From the NCBI GenBank assembly GCA_951406725.2, contig OX597814.1, forward strand, positions 55,118,001 through 55,182,000: a stretch of 64,000 bases of DNA, written 5' to 3'. The notes beneath the pieces are model-generated. The model was not told the DNA's origin, did not search any database, and saw only the letters and a list, made by a program, of their open reading frames with translations. The stretch comes from Octopus vulgaris (Eukaryota). Both the position numbers and the translations under genes were made by a program. This document shows, in pieces, positions 39,808-53,039 of the stretch; position 1 is the first letter of the stretch; the number at the start of each line of letters is the position of its first letter.

Positions 39808-40118
39808 GTGGAGGCGCAATGGCCCAGTGGTTAGGGCAGCGGACTCGCGGTCGGAGGATCGCGGTTTCGATTCCCAGACCGGGCGTTGTGTGCGTTTATT
39901 GAGCGAAAACACCTAAAAGCTCCACGAGGCTCCGGCAGTGGGTGGTGGCGACCCCTGTTGTACTCTTTCGCCCCAACTTTCTCTCACTCTTTCTTCCTGT
40001 TTCTTGAGTAACGCTGCGGTGGACTGGCGTCCCGTCCAGCTGGGCGGAACACATACGTCATAGAAACCGGGAAACCGGGCCCATGAGCCTGGCTAGGCTC
40101 GAAAAGGGCGCATAAAAA
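39808..40118 (+). mobile_element. Young full-length tRNA-derived SINE family D (V-SINE-like block)
   Basis: A-box tggcccagtgg; B-box ggtttcgattccc; gcggtggactggcgtcccgtccag block; 12-bp TSD atgtattattgt at 39796-39807 and 40119-40130; CpG-rich. Confidence 0.9.
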
Positions 40119-40577
40119 ATGTATTATTGTAAGTTGAACCTTAATTGTCCTACGCAATTTGGTGAATATTCATTGAAGAATGGTGACATTGTTTTAAGAC
40201 AAACAGACAAACATCAGGCTTATGGGTGTAGATGCGTGCACTCACACATACAAATGCAAATATAAGTACGCACATATAGATATGTGTGCGTGTATGTGTT
40301 TGTGTATTTGTGTGAGAGGAGAGAGAGAGTTGGGAGGAGAAAGAGAGAAAGAATTTAATATCTGTTAAAGATTTGAACTAATGCTATCTTTTCCTCGCCG
40401 CATAAGTATTTCTAATTAGGCATTTAATTCTCACTACACTAAGAATGTTAACACCAACTTGACTATTGCCTTTCATGCAGATGCGGTCTCTAGGTGGCTA
40501 ACCTCATTCTAATTGTATCTTTAGCAATCGGTCCGAAAATCGATTCGTCTCTCTTTCTCTCTCTCTCTCTCTCTATC

Positions 40578-40630
<53 letters not shown>

Positions 40631-40928
40631 ATAGCTATCTCTCACGATCAGATCCAGTGACGTGCTATTCATACATCAATGCGAAAACATCAACTACTTG
40701 CAAATAAAATGCTATATCTTACTTTACGGTTGTAACCGCTACTTGTGAACGTTTTTTCTTTGTTGGAACTAAAACTCAGTGATGTTCATACCTCTCTCAA
40801 GAATATTGACAATGTAAGGAAAGCGAATTAGACTAGGAATTTAAATAGCTTTGTGAGATCTTCTGACCAAGATATTATCATTTGCTCCACGAATGAAACG
40901 TCAATAAGATATAGATGACGAATAAATG

Positions 40929-40975
<47 letters not shown>

Positions 40976-41080
40976 CAATCCTTATATCTTCTTGACTTTT
41001 TTCTCGATCAGTCACTCAAAATTGGATTTAGACTAGTAGCATCATCATAATGTTTCAACAATAATAATTCTTCAATAATA

Positions 41081-41291
41081 AGGCGACGAGCTGGCAGAAA
41101 CTTTAGCACGCCGGGTGAAAATGCTTAGCAGTATTTCGTCTATCTTTGCGTTCTGAGTGCTAATTCCGCCGAGGTCGACTTTGCCTTTCATCCTTTCGGG
41201 GTCGATAAATTAAGTACCAGTTGCGTACTGAAGTTGATCTAATCGACTGGCCCCCTCCCCATAAATTTCGGGCCTTGTGCCTAGAGTAGAA
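41081..41291 (+). mobile_element. Full-length SINE family A
   Basis: Near-consensus copy; TSD aataataattcttcaa at 41060-41075 and 41292-41307. Confidence 0.92.
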
Positions 41292-41902
41292 AATAATAAT
41301 TCTTCAACAATGTATGTAATAAAATAAATGAGAGAAAAAAATTGGCCTAGTTGAAGAAATAAAAAATAATAATATATTCTGCTAAGTTTTATGCCATGAG
41401 TCAGCAACTGTTGATGAACATTTCGTTGTTCAAAATATGCAGTAGAATCCAGTCTGTGTTATTCTAATAAATAAATACATAAATACATCTTTTTTGCATT
41501 TTTACTGCTAGCAAAGAATAGTTTTAGTATTAGCAAATAACAAAATTAAAAGAATAAATTGTAAATTTTTTATATTTTTAAAATTTTATTGCAAAAGGCA
41601 AGACATTCTTCTAGACTTACTCAAAAAAGAAAAGACTAAGCGAGTTACAAGATATATGTGTTGGTGTTTGATTACAGATATATTCTTCTCAGCGTTTTGG
41701 CATCTTATTTCTAACCCTGTTAAGACATGAAAAAATACCAATAAAGCGACTTATGCAATGACAATACGTATTAGTCAACTCTCGGGGAAATATGGAAACC
41801 AACGCGAAAGAGGAAATACTCTTTCGTTATCTTTTTATATGTTTTTTTTTTAATTTTATATTTATTATAGTTTTAAATAGTTCTAGACCAACATGTTTTC
41901 AG

Positions 41903-41979
<77 letters not shown>

Positions 41980-42711
41980 ATAGTTGATGATTTAGGTCTG
42001 CGTTACTTGTAGTTTCACATACGAAAAAATGTACGCCTGATTGTCCAGATGCGGTGATTGAGAGAAAGGAAGTTTTCTATCTGTCTCTTTTCTTCTCTCT
42101 CTCACCTCTTTCTCGTTTTCTCTCTCTCGTTGCCCACACGTGACCATCATCCATCTTTTTTTTCCTCACGTGACCATCTTTTTTTCCTGCACGACGTTCT
42201 AAGGACTGGACGTTTTCTTTCTCTCTCTTCTATCTTTTCTCTTTTCAAAGAAAATATTTCTCCCAACGTTCACTCTTTTCCTCTCGTTGTAGTCAAACAA
42301 TTATCCATGTTTGTTTCCGTTCCGTTTCTTTGTATGTCTCTACTGTCCTGTTTTTATTCCCAACTTTGACCCTCCATAAATCCCAAATTTTATTTTGGAA
42401 TTTATAGGAGCAACTGTCTTCGAAGACTCATATTGTCGTTGAATGCTCGAAATGAAGAGTAGATAGACAGCCGACAACTGGTGAAGGGTCGTTCTCTGTG
42501 TTACTTGTCCTGTTGTCCATTTTTTCTCTCGTTGTTTGCGTATTTAACTCGTTTGTTTTCGTACTCCATGTTGTTTACACAGTTAGTGACGTCCTGTACC
42601 CATATATATATATATATACATATACCTGTGTATGTAGTATGCATGTGCGTGTGTTTAGGCTTCTATGAATGCATGTATGTTTGTAAACCTATATAGATAA
42701 TTATACATATT

Positions 42712-42756
<45 letters not shown>

Positions 42757-42789
42757 ATTGTGTGTGTGTGTGTGTGTGTATACATCTGC

Positions 42790-43650
42790 CAGAAATATCA
42801 ATGTAATTCATAATTTCTTTGTAGACGACCTGAAAATTTATGCTAAAAGTGTTAACAATCCCAAAAAACAACTGAAATTAATAACATTTTCTGCTGATAT
42901 AGGCATGGAATTTGGCCAAAAGAAATGTTCATGTTTGATTATAGAGCAAGGAAAATCAGTGCCCCAAACCCAAAACCGGAACATCAACGGTCTCTCTATC
43001 TCTCCCATTACACACAATGAATATTACAAGTGCCTAGGCAGAGACGAAAATGTATCATATGAAGGTACTGTGAATAAAGATAGAGTGACCCGAGAGTATT
43101 ACACCAGACTTAGGAAAATATGGCAATCGGAACTCTCCCGTTACAAGAAAACAATATCCCACAATGCATTTGTAGTACTAGTGCTGATCCAAACATTTGG
43201 GATACTTGATTGGTCTATAGAGGAAATCCACTCCGTAGATATCAAAACCCGCAAAATCCTGACAACAACTGGGAACTTCCATAGAAACAGTGATGTTGAC
43301 AGGCTCTACCTAACAAGAAATGAAGGTGGTAGAGTCCTGAGATCAGTGCAGACGGCCTTCGAATGCCGTGAGGTATCACTCAAGCAGCGCCTGCTAAACA
43401 ACAGCAGCAAAAATAAATATATTAATGCAGTCCTGAAAACTGAAGTGAGCAACATTGTACGAGTTGGCAGTGAACTCCTCAAGAAGCACTCTCTTCCTGA
43501 TGATCTATACAACGTCAAACAGCTGGGCTCTCTTACCTCAGGGAAGACCTGGATGGAAAGCACTCAGCATACAAAAAAACAAGACCCAGAAACTTGAAGA
43601 AGACAGTAGAATTGACACGAAGCGCAGCTTCTCTTGGACTCAAGACCACT
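42790..43650 (+). mobile_element. R4/Dong-clade LINE RT fragment
   Basis: ORF 42716-43597: HNFFVDDLKIYAKS, FSADIGMEFGQKKC, YYKCLG, FGILDWS, SDVDRLYLTRNEGGRVL. Homologous to but diverged from 18930-20605. Confidence 0.9.
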
Positions 43651-45573
43651 TCACTCTTGCTAGAAACAAATTTTTCACTGAGATATTTGAATCCTTCACC
43701 GTTTTCATTCATGTCCTTAACTAAATTCTTAAACAAGCCAAGTTTAATGTGTAAGGGAGGAAGGTAAATTTTCTGAGGGTCAACTAACGTTGTATCTCCC
43801 TGGAGTGAACTCACTTCTCTTTGGTCACTCTTTTTTTTTTATCATAGTGATGTTTGTCATCCCTGCTGTTCCAAAGGCACAAAAGCACTGATGCTTTGTA
43901 CACCCCATTTGCATCACAAGAAGCAAACCAATAACTTTCAAGTTCCCGTGTATATTTCTACTTGTGCTGAGAATATTTAATCAAGTGCAAAATTTTATCC
44001 ATTGATTCATAAGTTTCCTTTAATCTTACAGCATGTGCTAGTGGTATTGAAGGTTTTTGATTGCCATTATGCAGCAAAACAGCTTTTAGGCTTGCTTTGC
44101 TAGAATCTGTGAAGAGTCTCCATTCTTCAGAATTATGGCCGTGCCCCATCTCATGTAGGAGTCCTTTAACATCACAACAAAAACAAATACCGTCTTTCTC
44201 CACAAAAAAATTCATGCAATTCTGTCTGCCGTTTTCGAAAATACGATCATTTTACACCATCGTGTAAAAGATTCCATTGTTTCAACCTTCGGCCCAATAG
44301 TTCTGATTTTTCTTTTGCTAAACCCAAGTCTCTAACTAAATCACTTAACTCAAGTTAATAAATGAGGCACTTTTTTTGAAGATCTTGGTTCATCACATGG
44401 ATCTGTTGTATCACTCGGTACGCCTTCAATTGAAGTAGATGCAGTACTTTCTTCCTCAAACTATCTTTGTCAAAAGATGAAAGAGGTTCTGGAATTGGAA
44501 TATTTTCAGCAACATGAGCAACTGGTCTTAAAGCTAAAAGGCAATCTGGATAAACAATCTTGGATTTGTTCTTCTTAGAGAAACCTGTGATGTTAGTTAC
44601 GCAAAAATAACAATCGGTATAGTGGTTTGTTGGTTCGTGCCATACCATTGGTACTGCACATGGCATACTTTTCCGTTTACCATTGAGCCATTGGATTAGT
44701 ACTATGTAGCAGTTTTTGCAACAAACCTGAGGCGCTCACAGTTTATCTTGGTCCCAAATTTTGCACCCAAAGTAAAGCTTGTAAGCATTTTAAAATTTCT
44801 ATGTAAACTTATTTCTCTGATCTTTTGGCGTAAATTTTCCACAGACGTAACAAAAGCTGTCCGGGTGATAAACACAAACTTTTCTACTCATCATAAATAC
44901 ATACAGTAATAACCTAAATCAAAACTCAAGGAAGACTATCAGTAAACTAAAATATAAAATTAATCAACTGTAAATGTTACTGTAAAACATCAAAATATAT
45001 TTCTCGGAAAAAAAATCATTGAAATGATTATAGAATGTGCTGAAGCTATGGCTATCACGAAACAATTTTTTCCATCTCTAAATTTCAAATATTGATCACT
45101 TTAATAAATAACTAAACTTACTACTAAACCACTTTTCATATAACCTGGCTCTCTTATTTGATACATTTTGTTTTAACAGCACTAGCAATTATCAAGAAAA
45201 GTGAGTTTGGGTGATTTACCATAACTTAATATCAATAGCCTACTCTGAGGCGAACTTTACTATAATTACAGTGATAACAATGTAAAATAAATTCTCATCT
45301 TGTGTGGCAATTCTACAGGAAGCCTACATTTCCCTCTATCAGCACTTACTTTTGTTTCAGTGATGAGTATATGAATGAAAATCGAAAGCAAATAGCCTAC
45401 CGCTTTATCAGTATTATCAATTGGTTGGAAAATCTGATGCTGTAAATAACTAAAAAACACTACACGTGCTGTCTGAAACCTGATGTCAGATTCGGATTCA
45501 GCACTCTAAAATTAACCTAAATCAGCTGAAAAGGCTTAAATAGAACGACAAAAAATTTTTTTGTTGCCCAGTA
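43650..45573 (-). mobile_element. Chapaev3-type (CMC superfamily) DNA transposon, 5' half, decayed transposase starting near 44893
   Basis: PDSFCYVCG, YFGCK..DQDK, AVPMVWHEPTNHYTDCYFC, EWRLFTDSSKASLKAVLLHNGN, LPPLHIKLGLFKNLVK; terminus ...ttttgttgcccagt at about 45572. Family assignment is from recalled motifs. Confidence 0.8.
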
Positions 45574-46491
45574 TAATTGGAACACTAGATTTTGTTAGTA
45601 AATGCTTAAAGGAGAATCTGGATAAACTGGGATTTTCAGAAAGAGAAATCGGCCGGCTGATTCGTACATTATAAGTCCAATCTGTGATTGAAACAATAAA
45701 ATATGCAAGACTTTTCTCAAGTTCCAAATGTGAATTTGTCTGTGTTAACTACATCCCAAAGATGGAACTTTGTATCTTTGCTGGAAACCGGCTCCCTCCT
45801 CAGTGGAAGATTTATAATAATTTTAAAAAATAGAAGAGACATATACATAGATACATACATAATAGATACCTACATATATAAAGGCATTAATAAACGTGGA
45901 AAGGGAGTTTAAGTATGAAGAAGCTTATGGATGTATGGATATATGTGTTATGCCTATGTGTGTGTTGAAATCTATTGTGGTCCTTAATGTGGGCCAATGA
46001 CTTGAAGATAAAAGTATACATCTCGTTTGGAATATATTTCTCAACATTAAAAAATACTTTGCATACCAACCGATTACTTATATGAGGTTATACATACGTA
46101 CAGACTTACACTTATATACTTATATGCATGTGTGTATATACAAGCGGAGACACACTACCAGTTGTATATTTATTTACATTAAAAGCAAGGACTGTAGATT
46201 TAATAATGTCGCTGTCGCTTTATGATTTAATGACTATCTTAGACGGAATGTATTTCGACTGCTTCAGCAAACGCGCGCGTAAGCATGAATACATACATAT
46301 ATGTGTGTATATATATATACACAGAATAAGCATCTATGTGTGTGTGAGAGTACTTGGGAACTAAACATACATATCCATTTACATATATATATATATAAAC
46401 ACGCATACATGTATACACATGCACACACATACACACATATTTATATGAAAATATATATGTGTGTGTGTGTGTGTGTATACACACACACATA

Positions 46492-46650
46492 GGTGCAGGA
46501 GTGGTTGTGTGGTAAGTAGCGTGCTTACCAGCCACATGGTCTTGGGTTCAGTCCCACTGCGTGGCACCTTGGGCAAGTGTCTTCTACTATAGCCTCGGGC
46601 CGACCAAAGCCTTGAGAGTGGATTTGGTAGACGAAAACTGGAAGAAGCCC

Positions 46651-46703
<53 letters not shown>

Positions 46704-46938
46704 GTGTGAGCGTGTGTGTGTGTGTATGTATGTTTGTGTGTCTGTGTTCCCCCCCCCCCCAACATCGCTTGCCAACCGATGCTAGTGTGTTTACGTCCCC
46801 GTAAATTAGCGATTCAGCAAAAGAGACCGATAGAATAAGAATAAGCTCTGGGGTCGATTTGCTCGATTAAAGTGGTGCTCCAGCATGTCTGCAGTCAAAT
46901 GACTGAAACAAGTAAAAGAGTAAATGAGTAAAAGAATA
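46492..46938 (+). mobile_element. Full-length SINE family B
   Basis: tRNA-like head (gtggttgtgtggtaag...gggttcagtccc), CORE-like ccttgggcaagtgtctt, internal (TA)n(TG)n, and gtaaaaga-type tail. Confidence 0.92.
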
Positions 46939-46947
46939 TATGCACTT

Positions 46948-46987
<40 letters not shown>

Positions 46988-47111
46988 TCTGTGTGATGTT
47001 ATGTGTGTGTGTGAGACATAAAGTCACATTTAATTAGTCGTGATTATTCAAAAAGCTAAATATGAATTTACATTCAAATAAACATTCCAATGAACGCAGC
47101 AGCAACAGTGG

Positions 47112-47112
47112 C

Positions 47113-47205
<93 letters not shown>

Positions 47206-47477
47206 CTGCTGTTGTTATTGTTGTTGTTGTTGGTGGTGGTGATAGTGGTAGTGGTGGTGGTGGTGGTAGTCGTCGTCGTCGGCGGCGGTGGCGGCGGTGT
47301 CGGCGGTGTCGGCGGTGGCGTCGGCGTCGTGGAGGTGGTGTGATAAATGGCAGAGACAGTGTAAAACAGCAGACAATGCGTTGCTGTATTTAGTTACGTC
47401 TCTTTACGTTCCGCGTTGAAATAACGCCGACACTGGCTTCATATTTCACCCTGTCGTGGCTCGATAAGATATAGCTT

Positions 47478-47508
<31 letters not shown>

Positions 47509-47892
47509 CTGTTGTTGTTAGTTGTTGTAGTGGTGGTGGGTGGTGGTGGTGGTGGTGGTGGTGGTGGTGGTGGCGGTGGTGGTCGGTGGTGGTGGTGGTG
47601 GTGGTGGTAATGCTGGTGGTAAATGGCAGAGAGCAGCGTGTAGCTGCAAACAGCAGACAAGTAGCAGAGAGCTGTATTTAGTTACGTCTCTTTACGTTCC
47701 GCGTTGAAATAACGCAGCGGCAGCACTGGCTTCATATTTCACCCTGTCGTGGCTCGATAAGATATAGCTTGTAGTAGTAGTAGTAGTAGTAGTAGTAGTA
47801 ATAGTAGTAATAGTAGTAGTAGTAGTAGTAGTAGTTGTAGTGGTGGTGGTGGTGGTGGTGGTGGTGGTGGTGGTGGTAATGCTGGTGGTGGC

Positions 47893-47942
<50 letters not shown>

Positions 47943-47992
47943 TTGTTGTTGTAGTGGTGGTGGTGGTGGTGGTGGTGGTAATGCTGGTGGTG

Positions 47993-48046
<54 letters not shown>

Positions 48047-48089
48047 ATGCTGGTGGTAGCGGCGGTAGTAGTAGTAGTAGTAGTAATGC

Positions 48090-48126
<37 letters not shown>
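47112..48126. repeat. TAG/TGG/GCA trinucleotide array containing a duplicated ~135-bp degraded SINE-like segment
   Basis: Non-repetitive segments at about 47345-47480 and 47620-47771. Confidence 0.9.
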
Positions 48127-48127
<1 letters not shown>

Positions 48128-48223
48128 TTTGGTCCTAGATTAGCAGTGATCGAACAAATGCATTGAAGCCGTTCCTTTTATGACTGCCTCATCATATAAT
48201 TAGAAAATTTCTAATTTCTAATC

Positions 48224-48300
48224 CAGCACTTCTCAAATTGGGTTTAGAGGAACCCCAAAGTTCCGTGAAAATATGCTGGTGTTCCGCAAGAAATAGGATC
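48224..48300. mobile_element. hAT-like MITE end
   Basis: cagcacttctcaaattgggtttagaggaacccc...gttccg resembles Charlie-type CAGTGGTTCTCAAA termini; the other end is unclear. Confidence 0.35.
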
Positions 48301-48997
48301 TTTTATTAAAAGTTAATAAAAAATTTATTACATATGCAAATTTGCCATTTCAAAATGATGTTATTATCTGATGTCGCTTTAAGTTCTGAATTCAAACTCT
48401 GCTGAGGTCGAGTTCACCTTTTATCCTTTCGGGGTTGATGAAATAAGTATCAGTTGAAAATGTCAATTTTATAGAAGAAAGGATTATCTTTTATGAATGA
48501 ATTCTCTCTCTAAAGATATTTTTACTTTATTTAATGTCTAACTAAAATAAGAATGGCTGGGCTTTTCCAAATAATAGGAATGGGATCTGTAATTTTTTGG
48601 AAAATCCTGCAAGTTTTGCTTCAAAATAGATATCCATCACTTGTAACTTAGAAGTGCTCCTTAAGAACTGAAATCAATGTAATCCACTCTGCTCCCCCTC
48701 CCACTACCACCAGATGTAGTAAATGGAAGCACAGGATGAGTTGGATATCAAAAGACGGTGAAGAGACAAAGATTATCTGTAGCATTGAATCATGTTTTTA
48801 TCTTCAGAGTTTAGAGAGCTAAGATCAAGTTTACCTTCGATCTTCGTCGTCTCTCGATAATAAAATTACCAATCAATTACTATTGGATTGCGACAATAGG
48901 TTACATCTTCCCCTGACAAACACTTAGCCATGTGCCAATATATGATCTAATTATCAAAAGCGAAGTGAACTAGAAAAATCGACAGAATGTAAATTAA

Positions 48998-49201
48998 TCC
49001 TTTGGCGTTTGAACCAACCATAGCTAGCCCAAATATTCTACTTTTTTTATGCTTAAACCAGCCAGATCTGGCATCATGTCATTTTAAAAATACACAATCA
49101 CATCATCGAAATCTCATAGCTACAAGATAATGCATGATTAATTCAAAACAATGTGAATAAATCAGCATTGCATTTGACAGAGTAACCTGAATGCTAAAGT
49201 G
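48998..49201. mobile_element. piggyBac-type MITE
   Basis: ttaa|tcctttggcgtt ... aatgctaaagtg|tga, i.e. degenerate ccctttagcatt TIRs with TTAA on the left. Confidence 0.6.
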
Positions 49202-50317
49202 TGAGATGCAAAACGTCTATTTTTTCTCAGTCTTAGGCACTATACCGCCAAGATAAACACTGTTATGAGTAGGGAGAGGGTTATGCACTCCAGCCATAAC
49301 ACGTAGCTTCAATTCAATGGTAAGGTAGTTCAAAATATTCTTGGGTTGTTGCATGAGCTTCGACATTTACAAGTTAAGGCGTTGCATATTCCTAACTACT
49401 CGCTGTGAATAATATAAATTATTTTCTCACAATACATTGAAACACAAATTGAGAAAATTCAACAATTGGTTTTGCTAACATTGCCTTATAAAAAATATAG
49501 CACGTTGTTATGAAGGAAATTGACCTCGTCTCCCAGGTTATAATAGAAAGTGATAACTCTGTTACTCTGTCAGTAAAGTATTAACTATCTGAACTTTCCG
49601 CTGATACACAAAAACATCGTGAAACTATATACAATGTTTATTCACTGGAAGTATTGATTTCTAGCACAGCCTAAAATCTTGGCTGAGGAAATAGTCGATT
49701 AAGAACAACCTTCAATTCATTACTGATATTAATTTTGTTGACGGAGAAACGACAAAGTTGGCTTTGGTGGCATTCTGAATATGAACGTAAAGAGACGTAA
49801 TTAAATACCACTTGGCTGTTTGATCGTCTGTTGCTTAAAGATATATGTAAAAAGCAGCCAGAGACATGGATTGTATGGACACCTTCTAATTAGAAAAAGA
49901 ATCTTACAGAAATATTTCAATGAAAATAAAAATGCATGTACATAGTTCTGTGACAGAAGCCATACATCAAATTCTTTTGTGGCGATTATCTGAAGATAAT
50001 CTGTCTTACAAACATGCGAAAATGTCATTTAAAGTTACGAACAAACACATTCACCCAGAACTAATATAGAAACTTCAGCTTCACTACTAAGGTTATAGAT
50101 TTTCATTCACAATCTTAATCGCTGATTCAACTCAAGAAAATGAAACATTGTAAGAGTAAACATTTTCATTAATCAAATAATTATCTAAAAGAAACTGCAA
50201 AATAGAACTAATTGGGATCTTACAAATATAAATAGTCAGTGGAACGTGTAAACCATTTTAGAGATTCTTCTGTTGAGTCTACTAAAGAGGCATATCCATT
50301 CATAAGTTTGTACAAAA

Positions 50318-50368
<51 letters not shown>

Positions 50369-50899
50369 TCATTTACATAGACCTCATAATGTTAAAAACA
50401 CAAGAAAACAATTTTGTCCTCTTATACAACGGAAGACTTCAATATATATTTTTTCTATTTTTTCTTTTTGATAACAGAAGCTCAATATATTGAAGTAAAA
50501 TTAAATGGGTGCTTGTGATATTCATAACGTTCTCATATTGATTACTTACATCAACACAAGACGTGAGAAGAAATGAAAGCGTGTAACATACACACTTTTT
50601 CAAGGGCACCAGAAATGTAAAAAACAAAGTGAAATAAAATTAAGACGAATTATGATCTTATCTCTGCCAGACGACAGTAACTAGTCTCAAAAATAATGAT
50701 TTGTTTTTAATATACAATTGATTTTTTTTCTTTAAATATATATAAATATAAAGAAATCTCAGACATTTATCTACTAAACGAAAAAAAGTGAGATAAGTAT
50801 ACTGCAAAATTACCACGTTGCGATAATAGATGTTGGTTATGTCAAGCTGGTGTGAAATATTAAATTCATATCACCATCTGTCCAAACAGCAAAATATAA

Positions 50900-51400
50900 C
50901 CTTATTCTAAGGCATGACATCATTCACAAAATTCAGTATCTCACAGTTTATAGCTATTTGAATGTGAACTAAAGAATCTTATCGAGCCGAATTGAGTGCT
51001 ATTCATCTAATTTAAAATATGAATGATGCCTAAATATACATATACGTATGTTGATGCTATTAACATTGAGAAGCTTCCAGATCCACCACTCTTAATAACA
51101 TCCCACAGATTTGAACTGATTCTGTACAATGTTTAGAAAGGCTTGCTTGTACCTTGCTGACTTACATTTTCAACTTCACATTGATGCTATGTCTACTAAG
51201 CACTTCTACCTCTTTGCACGGCATGAGACAACCAACCGCTTTACTGATATTTCTTTATCAAAATATCTCACTTGATTGAACATGCTGCCAAAATACACAA
51301 ACCTAAAATTTACCTGGTGCAGTTAGGTGAAGAGATTTTCTTTGAGGCTAATAATGATTCCCTGTATCAAGTAAGCGGGTGTGAAGTGATTTACATATTT
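50900..51400 (-). mobile_element. Highly degraded RTE/CR1-like LINE remnant
   Basis: The minus strand reads QVNFRFVYFGSMFNQVRYFDKEISVKR (compare F.YLGS......EI..R). Confidence 0.35.
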
Positions 51401-53039
51401 TTCTTGGTGTGGCGTACAAAAGTACGCCACGCGTACGATTATTTTCCTGCAACAAATTTTATTTAACATTTCCTGTGGTGTTTACAAGTCGTAAATATGT
51501 TACAATCTACTTATTTGAATATAGACACTTGTAGTCTCGGTATTTTTGGAAGTAATTTGAAATACAATTATATTAGTACAGCAGTGATTTTAAAACAATG
51601 ACGAGTTCTGCTAGTATCTTCAGTATAATATTTCTTGTTTGATGGAGTCGAAAGCCTTCATTCACCAAAATTGTCTCTGTTGCTATTTTGGTGATTTGAC
51701 AAGCTTCCAAGCCTTACTTTCCAGACGGAATCTTTTAAAATGTTTACATGTTCAAGAATTTGGGTAGAAGGTGAAGAAGATTAATTGTTTATGGCCCATA
51801 AAGGTTATTTCGGATCAAGATCTTTTACAAGAGTAAATAGAACATTTTTGCTAAAATGGACACTGGAAAATTAGAAATTAATATTTAATATTTAATCAAA
51901 ATTTAATGAATAAAGATGATGTTACACTGCGAAATGATTCTTTGAAAGCTAAAAACAATTTGAAATATCTGCTACAAGATTAAAGAATGAAAGCACCGTA
52001 ATAATGGGAAAAATTCAGATTCTCAGGTGAAGTTAAGATACAGTTAGTAAATTTTTGTGCATAGATTTTGATTTCTTTTGATTAACCTTCTGCTAAAGCA
52101 ATTAAATTGTTCCCATTTTAACAGTTTTTCAGACAAATCAGCATTTTAAAATAGATCCTCGTTACTATCCTGTATCTAAATTCTACAAGCTTCGATATAT
52201 TTTCAAATACTAACGGCAATAGATTACTGAATACCAAATGGAAAATTTGCCATGATCGTATCTTATGCACTGATCACCATTGCCTAACACTTCAAGCTTA
52301 ATACTTATGAGCGTAGCATTATCTTCTCTATTGCTCCAAGCGGTAATTTAGCCGATAAGAGAGACAATCAATCTATTAGCAAAGCCATTCGTATTACATT
52401 ATCTATATTCATTCTTTCCATTTTGTTTCCGTTTAGACTATTTTAAAAATATTGTTTACTTTGTATATAGAAAAATTTCTGAAAGTCTCCACCTTCCTGT
52501 TTGTCATTTGAATTAGTCACGTCAAACGTCATTTTTAAAACATTTCTTCCTATTGCAAAACAGGAAAACGTCAGTTTGTGATTCCTCCGCAATAATACTA
52601 GATTATCTAATCAAATCAGTGACCGATTAATTATCCAAAATCATGAACATTAGGAGGCCATCAATATATCAGTGACCCCAGTATGAGCCCCAAAGAATCT
52701 GGCACTCTAGTTATGTTATAATCATACGAGTTTTGGCCTTCATAAACTTAAATCAAGCTCGCCACCATAGACAGTAGCAAAACCTTTCATCAAATTCATT
52801 AATTCCAAAGATAATTTCTTGCCATTTACCTCCACAAATATTCTCAAATGCACAGAACTAATCTCCGTTCATTTGTCTTCATCCAAGTCCGAATATCAAC
52901 CATTTGATACTGCATTACCCAACCAGTCTACCTTCCAACCAGTATCACTTCCCACCTCCTGCTTTAAGAAAATCCTATGTCCTGTCTCCTTAAATATAAT
53001 GGTTGCTAACACTGCTAACACATTCTACATCCACACATC

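Noticed and set aside
39808-39885. tRNA genes (also at 25545, 46492, 54310, 29215)
   Set aside because: A/B boxes are present but there is no closed acceptor stem, and each continues into a SINE body; these are SINE heads.
47112-48126. CRISPR-like or coding repeat array
   Set aside because: Simple trinucleotide repeats in a eukaryotic context; no repeat-spacer periodicity and no cas genes.
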